Assembly (NCBI GenBank): GCA_032718475.1
Contig: JAUCBJ010000958.1
Span: forward strand, 1 to 53,500
Source of the DNA: Nemertoderma westbladi
Lineage: Eukaryota > Animalia > Xenacoelomorpha
DNA: 53,500 nucleotides
Reading direction: 5' to 3'
Part shown: in pieces, positions 1-10,091 of the stretch
Layout of the letters: each line of letters begins with the position of its first letter
Position numbering within the stretch: the first letter of the stretch is position 1
Made by a program: the position numbers and the translations under genes
Notes under the pieces: generated by a model
Told to the model about the DNA's origin: nothing
Seen by the model: the letters and a program-made list of their open reading frames with translations, nothing else
The model's database searches: none

Positions 1-329
1 AAACGAAAGCTTTAATACCAACATATGGTGTAAATAAAATAAACATGCACATAAAGGTAGGTAGGCCTACTGTAAAATATGAAAGTTGTTATGTGACCAT
101 ATAATACTGTATTGTATGACAGATAATGGAAAATGGGATACACATTATTTATAGGTTATTTGGAGATGGGGATATAATAAAATGAATATATAATATAATA
201 AAAAAAGGGAAAAAATATATATAATATAATAAAATGTCGTTGCATGGTTGAAATATTGTACAATTCAATGTTTGGTTATAGCGTGGCTGGGGGAAGTTTT
301 AAAATAGATCGTGTAAAAATTAGAATAGA

Positions 330-3266
330 TCATTTCACGGCGTACAGGAACAGTGAGCGTTTTACTGTTGTTAGTAGAGTCGGGACGCCAGTGCAACTGA
401 GGCCGTGGTCCTTGTCCGTCGCCTGGTCGTCGCAGAGACGGCAGACGCATGTGGGGGTCGGCCGCCAACACCCTTTACTGCGGCAGAGCTTGTGGTGCGA
501 GCCATTGGAGATGAATTGGGCTGCAGCGCGGCGCCTGTAGCCTGTGAGTTCGAGGAGGGAGAGCTCGCCGTTCTCTGCAGGGCGGTCGACCGCGTTTAGG
601 ATTGCCGTGGTGGAGGCGTATTTGCTCACCCCGCACCACAGTTTCCAGTAGAACGCGCGAACGAGCTCCACGTGTGGTAAGCTGGGCGCGTCGGCCGCGG
701 AAACGCCGTAGACGGAGCAACCGTATGTGGTAGACGGAAGGACAACCGCGCGCCACAATCGACCAGCTGTTACAATTGATATGTTATTGAAATTGACCCG
801 GGAAGCCAATCTCATGCAGGAGGAGATCCCTCGTTTATGCAGGTGAGTGTAGTGACCGGACGCACAAGCAGTGGTTGTCAGTACGACTCCGAGGTACTCG
901 AAAGAGTTGACGAACTCGAGAGGCGATCCTTGGTACATGAGGATGTCCGACTTACAAAGCCGACCACCGCGCCGGAATTTCATGGCCTTTGTTTTGGATT
1001 TATTAACGATCAGATCGTATTCTTTGCAATAGTCGGAGAGGTTGTCGAGTCCCGCTTGTACTTCTGCGATGGTGGTTCCGGTGATGGCTACATCATCAGC
1101 GTACATGAACAGGAGGCACCCAACAGCGAGTATTACAACTGGGAGATCGTAGAGAAATAGACTGAACAAGAGAGGTGACAGTTTATCTCCCTGGACAACT
1201 CCAATCGTTTGTGTTATGGGGTCCATGACGAAAACACCAAGGCAGATGCAGACGTAGTTGGTTGATAACAGTGCCCAGAGGGCAGCGATGAACGCCCGAC
1301 TGACGCCCAACTTGGAGAGTTTGAAGCATAGCTTCCTGCGGTTAACCGAGTCGAAAGCTTTTGAAAAGTCGACGAACACGCAGTACACGTGTCCTCCGGG
1401 GTTTCGCAAAGTCTCTCGGATTAGTGTAATCAGCTTCGTAGCCGCTTGTATCGTAGAACGCCCCTTGCGGAAACCGTACTGGCAGTTTGGGAGAATTCCT
1501 GAGGATTCGGTCCAGGGGTATAGCCGATTATATAATATAGTCGTGTATGTCTTTAGTAGGCAGGAAAGTAGAGCGATTCCCCGATACGAATTCGGGGAGA
1601 CTTTAGGGCCCTTTCCTTTATAAAGGGGGAGAAGATATGAGGTCAGCCAAAGGGCCGGGCAGGTTGCCGCCGACAGACACGTCGAGAACAGAGTGAGGAG
1701 AAATGGAAGGAGAAAACTGAAACCGAGTTTCATAGATTCATTAGAAACCCCGTCGGGACCCGCAGCTTTGTGATTCTTCTGTGAATGAACGGCGGAGGTA
1801 ACTTCATCTGCGTCTATCGGGTGGTCCAGGAATGGTATTGGTTGTTCCGGTAGGACGGGGAGTTTGGTGTCGACGTCGCGAGTAAGTAGACTGCTGAAGT
1901 GGGATGACCAGTCCTCTGAGGCAACCTGTTGCGGTGCGGAGTGTTGGCGTTTTGCTTTCGTTATATTCCAGAAGACCGTGTAGTCGGCCTCGCATCGGTC
2001 AATGAGGTTCTGTTCTTTCTGAGCCTCGTATGAACTCTTCTTGGATCGAAGGAGCGATATATAGGTACGTTTCAGTTGGCAGTATTCCTCTCGGTTCGAG
2101 TCATTCGGATGCACACGGACGCGTTGATGACTGGCCTTTACAGTACGTTGGAGCTCGTAGCAGTCTTTTGTAAACCACGGTTTAGACGTTTTCTTCTGGC
2201 GAGACGCTGCTGCGCCTCTCAACGCATCAGTAATGTAGTTGCAGGCACCGTCGATATCATGTTCTGCTAAATTGTTAAAGTCATTGATATTCATTGACAG
2301 TTTGTCTACGAGAACATCAGTGTCAATGTCATTGATTCGTTGAGCGCGTTCGTTCCGTGGGGGCGAGGCAGATAGTGTTGCGATACAGGTTGAAACCCGT
2401 TGATGTTTGCAGTTTATTGTGGTTAGAACTGACACATCTGTAATATCTATTAAACTGGGGTCAATAAACGTAAGGTCAATGACACTGTGGCCATTCCAGC
2501 AAATATAGGTTGGTGTATCCGGGTCGGTTATACAGACTAGACCCAGCCCGGCGAGTCCGTCGCATAGCAGGTCACCACGAGAACTGCTGTCCCCGTCGAT
2601 GCGGCAATTAAAATCCCCAGCGAGCAGGAGCGGCGCTGTAGAACGAACGCGAGTAGCCGTAATGATAGGGATGAGTTCTAGTAGGATATCGGTAACATCG
2701 GTTTTTGGCTTGTAGTACGCGGATATTATATTTAGACCAGGGATTGATATCGCAATTACGTTTTCGCTTTTATGATGGCATTTCGGAGTCCAGTTATTTC
2801 TCATATGAACCCCGATGGTTATACCACCGTACGGACGGCCGGTATCACCTTTTTCACTAGAAATGTTGAAACATTTGAAATCGGGGATATCAGGATCTTC
2901 CTGAAGAGTCTCGGTAAGAATGAGAATATCGGTATCAATAAATGTATTATCAGTCGTAGTGTCGATCGTACTTGTTATACCCTCAACATTCCATAGGAGT
3001 AAGGATATTCCGTTTGAGTTATTAGGCAACGGGGCCCTTGACATAAACTCCGAGTTAAATGGTAGCTCTTCGAAATAAGATAAACATTGTGATGATATGA
3101 AGCGTTGACAGAGTTTTTCGTGCTTTATAAGGCTCGCCATGTATCGGTAAGGCTTTTTGCAACCTGTACACAGGCGGGCTGTTGTTGCAGGTAAAAGTAG
3201 GTTTAGATTGGTATCGGTAGGGCCGGTGTCAGAGTTTGTTAGGGGAGTTATTACAGGTTCTCTTAG
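330..3266 (-). CDS. LINE ORF2: N-terminal zinc finger, APE endonuclease, reverse transcriptase and C-terminal Cys/His domain (intact frame; clade uncertain)
   Basis: APE motifs WNVEG, LTET, AGDFN, SVIDLTF; RT motifs YRGIALLS, QYGFR, FVDFSKAFDSV, QGDKLSPLLF, MYADD, YLG; C-terminal HHKLC..CVCRLC..H...C. The frame stays open upstream of the Met at 3140 to 3266 and includes CTGCKKPYRYMASLIKHEKLC. Confidence 0.93.
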   Translation of the reverse strand, partial: LREPVITPLTNSDTGPTDTNLNLLLPATTARLCTGCKKPYRYMASLIKHEKLCQRFISSQCLSYFEELPFNSEFMSRAPLPNNSNGISLLLWNVEGITSTIDTTTDNTFIDTDILILTETLQEDPDIPDFKCFNISSEKGDTGRPYGGITIGVHMRNNWTPKCHHKSENVIAISIPGLNIISAYYKPKTDVTDILLELIPIITATRVRSTAPLLLAGDFNCRIDGDSSSRGDLLCDGLAGLGLVCITDPDTPTYICWNGHSVIDLTFIDPSLIDITDVSVLTTINCKHQRVSTCIATLSASPPRNERAQRINDIDTDVLVDKLSMNINDFNNLAEHDIDGACNYITDALRGAAASRQKKTSKPWFTKDCYELQRTVKASHQRVRVHPNDSNREEYCQLKRTYISLLRSKKSSYEAQKEQNLIDRCEADYTVFWNITKAKRQHSAPQQVASEDWSSHFSSLLTRDVDTKLPVLPEQPIPFLDHPIDADEVTSAVHSQKNHKAAGPDGVSNESMKLGFSFLLPFLLTLFSTCLSAATCPALWLTSYLLPLYKGKGPKVSPNSYRGIALLSCLLKTYTTILYNRLYPWTESSGILPNCQYGFRKGRSTIQAATKLITLIRETLRNPGGHVYCVFVDFSKAFDSVNRRKLCFKLSKLGVSRAFIAALWALLSTNYVCICLGVFVMDPITQTIGVVQGDKLSPLLFSLFLYDLPVVILAVGCLLFMYADDVAITGTTIAEVQAGLDNLSDYCKEYDLIVNKSKTKAMKFRRGGRLCKSDILMYQGSPLEFVNSFEYLGVVLTTTACASGHYTHLHKRGISSCMRLASRVNFNNISIVTAGRLWRAVVLPSTTYGCSVYGVSAADAPSLPHVELVRAFYWKLWCGVSKYASTTAILNAVDRPAENGELSLLELTGYRRRAAAQFISNGSHHKLCRSKGCWRPTPTCVCRLCDDQATDKDHGLSCTGVPTLLTTVKRSLFLYAVK

Positions 3267-4058
3267 TCAGACGGGCGGCAGCTGCCCAGCGTCCGGCTGA
3301 GGGTTGAGAGCTCGTAGTTTAAGGTTGGCTCGATCAGCTGGACCGAGATAGTGCCGTGTGATCGTGGTTCCCATAGGCCAGTTGTCTGGAGCAAACACAG
3401 CACTGGAAGAAACCTCGTTAGGACACACAACGTGGAAGGCGGCCATGCTCGGCACGACGGTATCATCGGGGTTGGGCCCAATTTTGAAGACGTTTTCAAT
3501 TTGAATATGTTTACCAGCTAGATGTTTTTTGATCATTTCAGTGGATGTATCGGGATCCAGACGACCGACCCGAACATGGAAACGGGGAGGTGGCAGCGCA
3601 ATAGCCTTCAGACCTCCGGGGGAGGCCTCGGACGTTGCGGTATTACCGGTTGCGACTACAACCAGACGGCGCGGTTTATTCGCCGCCATCGGGGTTGCGC
3701 GTTGCGTGTTGGGGGGGTTCGCAGTGGGGGCAGACCCCGCCGCTCCCGCCAGAGATCCACGAACGGAGCTTTGCGGTTGCTTGGGCCGGGTGGCGGGTCC
3801 GGGTGGCGGCTGGGCCACCTTGGCCAACGCCTTGGCGTAGGGTGGTTTCTCTTTTTGTTCCAAAAGAGAGTTCTTTGCGGCGATCGTTTCCGCACGTGCG
3901 TCGCTTAGTTGGCCGAGTGTAATGGTGTACAACGAGGTCATTGCGGCGACATGTTCGGCGAACAGTTTCTCATCAACATGGTTGACGCACTTCTTCACCT
4001 TCACGGCCTTTACAAGGTCGAGAAGTTGATCTTGTAGGTTTATAAACTTCTCCGCCAT
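3267..4058 (-). CDS. LINE ORF1 (coiled-coil-like N-terminus, RRM-like C-terminal domain)
   Basis: Lies directly 5' of ORF2. C-terminal HVRVGRLDPDTS..IKKHL..FHV..NWPMG..RHY resembles the ORF1 RRM-type domain of invertebrate LINEs. First ATG is at 4058. Confidence 0.8.
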   Translation of the reverse strand: MAEKFINLQDQLLDLVKAVKVKKCVNHVDEKLFAEHVAAMTSLYTITLGQLSDARAETIAAKNSLLEQKEKPPYAKALAKVAQPPPGPATRPKQPQSSVRGSLAGAAGSAPTANPPNTQRATPMAANKPRRLVVVATGNTATSEASPGGLKAIALPPPRFHVRVGRLDPDTSTEMIKKHLAGKHIQIENVFKIGPNPDDTVVPSMAAFHVVCPNEVSSSAVFAPDNWPMGTTITRHYLGPADRANLKLRALNPQPDAGQLPPV

Positions 4059-5228
4059 TGTATCCGTAAATATAATAAGATCAAATATCAAATAAATTTA
4101 ATAATAAAATGTATTTTATTAACTAGTGCAGTAGTCTGGCTGTATTAACTGACTGGTCTAAAATTAACGGTGCCGTAACATAAGGCTACAAAGTGAATGC
4201 TAGCAGCAGCATTCAAAGAAACTTCCCCATTCTATCATTGCAGTGGACAAATAAGAGAGTTATGAGGTTTGCAATGCTCTGTGGCACCGGGTTGAACTGA
4301 GGTTCGAGGCGCGCTCTCTTTGGGCCCATCCCCTTTTCGGCACTGTAGCCCGATGAGCACCTTTTAGACATGGTGAAAACTTGGGGTCTATCGATATAGA
4401 GGGTCAGTGATTTCCTACTTTTTGATTTTTGTCGATTTTTATAGTTTACATTTAATGTTGCTTTGTTGCAAAAAAATTGTTCTAGAATGTTAAAAACTCT
4501 CCCTAGTGAATCCTAGTGAATCGATTGAATTGTTGCTGATATTGTACCCCTATCTATAGTCTATAGGCTACATAGGGTAAGTGTGGTACCCATGGACACA
4601 CTTTTTTCATTTGGGTCTCAAGAACTCAATATTCATTCAATTTATTTCAAAGTGGTTTTAAATGAAAGGAAACACCAAGAACAATATCCAGTTATGTAAA
4701 GGATTTAGAGGCTGACTACGGCCTTGTTAATTGCCCTATTTTTACGCCTTAATCTGATTTCATTACTGCTGTAGTAATATCCGCTATGTCTGTAGGAATG
4801 CAATTCTATCCCAGCAATGGCTCTGCAATATTAGTCATCCGTGGGTGTTACGTGTGTCCGCTGCTGGTGGTGAGATTAGTTGCAACTAGTATTACTGGTC
4901 GACTCATCTTGCCTACCAGCAATGCATTGTTTCCATAGAAACCACCCCCCAATATTATTGATAATCATTATTATGGGTCGAGCCTAGAAGAGGCAGAGAC
5001 TTGCCATATGGACATCAATAGCAATTGTCAGTCTGCAGTGTGTCAGACTGTTTGTATTTCAAATGCTTCCCATTTGGTTGCTCTTAATCTGATAGAGCTG
5101 AAGCTTGGAATGCATTAATCAGGCCGAAAGTTGAGGTTATCAGACACTCACAAATGGACAACTATATGGCGATATTCCATCCTTATCGACCACTCTATGC
5201 AAGAGACGGCTGAGGTTCAGTGGGCACA

Positions 5229-5490
5229 GCGAAGTCCCTCTAATATGTTGCATCCCTCTCGTGCGGCGCGAATTCCCTCTAATATGATGCATCCTTCTCG
5301 TGAAGCGCGAAGTCCCTCAAATATGTTGCATCCCTCTAATGCAGCGCGAAGTCCCTGTAATATGATGCATCCATCTCATGCAGTGCGAAGTCCCTCTAAT
5401 GTGATGCATCAATCTCGTGCGGCGCGAAGTCCCTCTAATATGATGAATCCCTCTCGTGCAGCGCGAATTCCCTCTAATATGATGCATCCT
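5229..5490. repeat. 39-bp minisatellite, about 6-7 copies
   Basis: Unit approximately GCGAAGTCCCTCTAATATGATGCATCCCTCTCGTGCAGC. Confidence 0.9.
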
Positions 5491-5571
5491 TACCGCAGGC
5501 GAGGCGGTACTGAACCTGCTTTAGTAAACGCCAAATTAATTATTTGAATCTAACCCTCTAAGCAAAAAGTT

Positions 5572-5637
5572 CTTACCCAGGATTCGAACCCGGTACCTCT
5601 AGAGTACAGTGCACGCGCCTTATCAACTGCGCTATTC
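5572..5637 (-). other. tRNA-derived (SINE-head-like) sequence
   Basis: Minus strand has A-box-like TAGCGCAGTTGA and B-box GGTTCGAATCC at tRNA-like spacing; no convincing acceptor stem. Confidence 0.6.
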
Positions 5638-6283
5638 CTCATTACCCTAACAGGCAGACAGGGTCCCACGCAAAATGGTGTCCATGGAACCCATGTCGCT
5701 CATTTTTTATTGTTTTGCTTCTAAGTCTTGGGAGGAGGCTGTGATGCAAATAAGGCCCTGGAATCTGTTTGCCCAGTAAATTTGCCATCAGTTGGATCAT
5801 CAATGATTTGGATACAGCACACATGGCGATCGCTATAAAAAAAGTTATGGGAGGGCAAAAAAGAAAATCAGTACCCCCAAAACCATTTCCCTCCAATAAC
5901 TCTGCACAATTCTATTTGTAGTGTATAAAAATTAGTGCCATGCAACATTCTAGATAAAACAACGCTATTTTTGGCCATTTGGTGTGCCTGCATCCCCAAG
6001 AGACTGAGATCGGATGGGTGGCCCTGGAACCCACATGGTCAGCGGATGCCACACTTACCCTACATACCGAGATGGCCTACTCTAAGTTTAACTGTCCGGG
6101 AAGGGCACATTGCGACTTTCATTGTGTGGAGGATCTGGACATCCACCAAACAACATAAGCGAAGATATGGACGTGGTGGTGTACTCATTGCCCTTAAAAA
6201 GTGCAGGTAAGTATACTTGACTACATTCCAGGTAAGTATGCAACGATATAAATGCATAGTTACCCAAATATTTAACAGGCTAA

Positions 6284-6507
6284 AGCCTGGTTCATACTTC
6301 AGTGAAACTTTTGTTACATGCAAAAGTTGAGTGACTAGCCAGTTCATACTTCATTTAAACGTTTGGATGCAACAAAAGTTTAACTGTAGTATGTACTGGC
6401 TAGTCGCTAAACTTTTGCATGCAACAAAAGTGTAACTGTAAGTATGAACTGGGTAGTCGCTAAACTTTTGGTACTAACAAAAGTTTCACTGAAGTATGAA
6501 CCAGGCT
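6284..6507. mobile_element. PIF/Harbinger-type MITE, 224 bp
   Basis: TIR AGCCTGGTTCATACTTCAGTGAAACTTTTGTTA with its perfect reverse complement at the right end; TAA on both flanks (6281-6283 and 6508-6510). Confidence 0.85.
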
Positions 6508-6828
6508 TAAGATTGTGTTATGGCAGAAGATTTAGCCTAACTTTGCAAAATACAGTTTTTGTTGGTCAAAATTGGTTAAAATCCACGACTAAATGCATGC
6601 TGCATGAAATCCTCTAGAAGTGTGGGAATTTATTGTACCAGACAATCACTCTTGCATCAGAGTGTCTGCATTTCTTGAATCAGACTATATTGCTTTCTTC
6701 ATCAGACAGTGTCTGTGTATGCAGTATGCACCACTTTTGTTGAATAGGCAAAATGTACTCCTCAGTTTCAGTTATGTACACAATTATCACTGTTGTGCTA
6801 ATCCTAGGGCTCTGATATGGTTGTTGTG

Positions 6829-9627
6829 CTAAGCAGACAGAGTGTGTGCTAACGTGATGATTCTATCTTTGTTCTTCTGTGGTGTTGTCTTTGTTCTTCC
6901 AACTTTCACTAGCAATGGAGACAGCACTGTGGACAAATCACAATGCATTTCCTCAACTTCTTTCTGCAAGAAATAACCATATACTGGTCTTGCAGATTCA
7001 CCAGCTTTATCCTGCAAATAGAGTATGTGACGCAATTTTCCCCTATAGTTTTGGTTCCAATATGCTATACACTTGTATTCGCCCTCTTCCAATTCAAGCA
7101 CTTTTCTCACACTCCTCTTTTCCTTCGCAGGATATTCAACCAAACACATGGACTTGGCCTTCTCATATTCAGTTTCTACTTTCTTCAATCTATCTTGGAT
7201 ATTTTGTTGTTCGCCTTCAATTGGGCTTCTCAATAATTTAATTGGATACCAAATGATTAACTGCTGCTTGTCATTTGTGAACTCTTTGGGTGCGTGAATT
7301 TCAATTTCCAGTTTTCCATCAACCAAAAAATAAATTTCTCTTGTTTTTTGTTCTTGTGCTCTGTGAAAAGCATCTCTCAATTCATCTAAAACACACTCCA
7401 AGCCTCCGTTAGAATATATCTTGGAAATTTCACCACCAATCGAAAGCAAAATTTCGTATCTTTGGTAGGGTCCAGTTGCTTGTCGAAATCCAAGCACTGT
7501 TACTTGTAATGGTTTCTTACCATCCAGCTCACAAATTTTTTTTATGGGAGTATTCTTCAATAGATGCAAAACATATTCCTTTTGTTCATTTTCATGTTGT
7601 TTTCTTTTCTTGAACTCCAGCAACCTTTTGTGTATCAGGGCTACTTCTTCTCGATTTCTTGCACTTCTTTGCAGTGCTTCTTGTCTCCATTTTTCACATT
7701 CTAAATAATCTAGAATATCTATGTTCCTCTGTGCTCTTTTCCAGGTTGACAACCAAGATACCTGATGTGTTTGCAAGTATTCAGGCACCTCTTGTAGTTT
7801 CCATTGCACCTTTGCTGTTCCCAATGATTTGCAAGGCTCTTGTCTCCAAGTCCATTCTATGAAATCTGTTGGTGGCAACATTTCTTCCAACGGAATTCTT
7901 GCTTGAACTGACCTACACTGTGTTGGTAGTTTCGATGAGCAAAGTATTGTTTTTGCAGTGGGGTCTTTGAAATAGCATTTCAGAGGTGCTATTTCTGTGC
8001 CCTTTTCAATTTCATTTTGATTTCTAATTTGGAAGCAAAATATAGGACAACCTCGAAATCCAAATTCTGAACAACTCCACAATATAGCCTTCTCCCATCT
8101 TTGTCTATTTTCTTGTATATCAAACTTACACTGCACTTTCACTCCAGAAACTTTCCCAGTTTTTGTGTGAGCATACCAAGCTACATATATTGTTCCTGTG
8201 GTCTTAGAGGCGATGACACAACACCTTGTCAGCTCTTTTGCTAGCCAGTGATTCCTCCCACTTTGCTAGAGCTAGCCAGTGATTCCTCCCACTTTTCTGT
8301 ACAAATAATCCCTCATATGGCTGTATGTTTTCCTGTCAGCTCTTTTGCTAGAGCTAGCCAGTGATTCCTCCCACTTTGCTGTACAAATAATCCCTCATAT
8401 GGCTGTATGTTTTCCTGTCAGCTCTTTTGCTAGAGCTAGCCAGTGATTCCTCCCACTTTGCTGTACAAATAATCCCTCATATGGCTGTATGTTTTCCTGT
8501 CAGCTCTTTTGCTAGAGCTAGCCAGTGATTCCTCCCACTTTGCTGTACAAATAATCCCTCATATGGCTGTATGTTTTCTAATGCACTTCTCATCACTTCT
8601 GCACCAAGATCTCTAGATATGTAATTCATAGAGTACAAGGATATCTCAACTCTTGTACATCCATATTTCTGGATCAAAGGATGTTCAAAGGTTTTCCGAA
8701 GAACAGGGTTTCTGCAATCAGCATAGTCTGCCAAATGACCACCAAAGTTCTCTAATACTTCCCCTGCTTCAAACTGGCAAACAATTTTGTTGTATAGCTT
8801 CACTCTCATTGTATTTCCATCCCATGATGTGATGTAGGTCAAAACATGATTTCCAACAGATGAAGTGTTTTCCAAAATCGTGGGCTGATCACCCTCCAAT
8901 GCTGCTTGAAATGTACCTTCCAACCTCCAACCTTTTGTTTCCACTAGATGTTTGACTATTGCCTTCCTATCGAGGGTTCCAGCAAAGTCCTTTGTGTAGT
9001 CAACAGAGTATATTCCCCATCCACATGTCTGCAGTACTCTGCCAAATTCAGCCAAGTGCTCCTGCAGATCATCTAGGTTGATTACAGATACATCCAACTT
9101 TGCAACAAAGACAGCAACAGGTTCTTTCTGTTCCAGGTTTTTCCAGTTTTTGATATATTTCTCATTCATCTCTCTTTCAATTTTATGCACTGTTCGCATT
9201 ATCACTCCATGCGATTGTAATGGTACAGAGGCTAAGTAAAGTCATCACAGTTCTTCCCGATTGTTTGTGTTGCCTCCCTCCTCAACTTCTCCACAATATA
9301 AGAGGCAGACCCAAATCTTCCAGTTGTCAACATGACAGAACTTTTGGTTCTCACAACTTGATCTTCTCGAAGATACCCATACACATAAAGATCGTCAACA
9401 AACATTTCCAATTCAGGCACATCTTGAAGCAACATACAACCTCCATTGCCTCCTAGGTAATCTACTTTTGATATATCAGTCAGAAGATTAGACTCATAGG
9501 CATTCTCTAACAGTAGATGCATGCAAGCTGACTTCGGTGCTCTCAATCCCATCTGTTCAAATGTCACGAACTGGGTAGTATCCATACTAGTTGGTTTATT
9601 GATGTTTTCACATATAGTAGTAGCCAT
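6829..9627 (-). pseudogene. Disrupted ~840-aa protein with Rep_trans-like (rolling-circle initiator) motifs; virus- or mobile-element-derived
   Basis: ORFs 9232-9627, 8477-9205 and 6829-8142 join into one frame after correcting a frameshift near 9240 and removing the 82-bp tandem duplication (..ALAKELT-RCCVIASKTTGTIYVAWYAHTKTGKVSGVKVQC..). Motifs SVDYTKDF, RVKLYNK and TRVEISL are in Rep_trans order. No introns are needed. Confidence 0.6.
8227..8578. repeat. 82-bp tandem duplication (about 4 copies) of coding sequence inside the Rep-like gene
   Basis: TGTCAGCTCTTTTGCTAG... recurs at 8227, 8334, 8416 and 8498; the first copy has an extra internal 25-bp duplication. Confidence 0.95.
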
Positions 9628-9662
9628 AGAAATTTTCTATTAGTTTTGATTTCATAAATAAA

Positions 9663-9670
9663 TCAATTTT
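9663..9670 (-). promoter_or_regulatory. AAAATTGA motif (nucleocytovirus early-promoter-like)
   Basis: TCAATTTT on the + strand, about 36 bp upstream of the ATG at 9627. Confidence 0.45.
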
Positions 9671-10091
9671 TTTACATAATCTTACTTATAGCAAGGCAAT
9701 AAATATATCGGACATAGGCCTACCATTTGGATTGGTGCAACATATACTACATTATATATATATATGAACTTCCAACCATATTGTGCTCATATATACAGTA
9801 GAGTCTGAACATATGAACAATTTTCAGGAAATTGGAATCCATCCATTTTTAAGCGAAAAATTTGGTGAAAATGATAATTATTTGTGATAAATCGGTGTAA
9901 AAAAGTAGTTGAAATTTTGCTGTAGTTTGACAATTTTTGTCAGTCTGGTAAGGTAATTTGTTGTCTTTTCATGTTAATAACAAACTTTGATGGCAAAAAA
10001 GATGAAGAAGTCAATATTCCATCAGCTCCCCCACTCTACTGCGAATAAAAGTTTTAATTTAAAGAATCAACCTCTAAATTAAAACTAATGG

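Larger units (their letters stand above)
1..4320 (-). mobile_element. Near full-length non-LTR retrotransposon (family A)
   Basis: ORF1, ORF2 and an AT-rich 3' UTR ending near the window start (minus strand CCATATGTTGGTATTAAAG at 10-28). The 5' boundary is approximate and no TSD can be checked. Confidence 0.85.

Noticed and set aside
5131-5547. 138-aa ORF with SPSNMMHPSRAAR repeats
   Set aside because: Minisatellite translation with a non-ATG start and no other support.
6829-9627. Helitron or HUH Rep assignment for the large disrupted gene
   Set aside because: No HUH plus YxxK arrangement and no helicase Walker motifs were seen.
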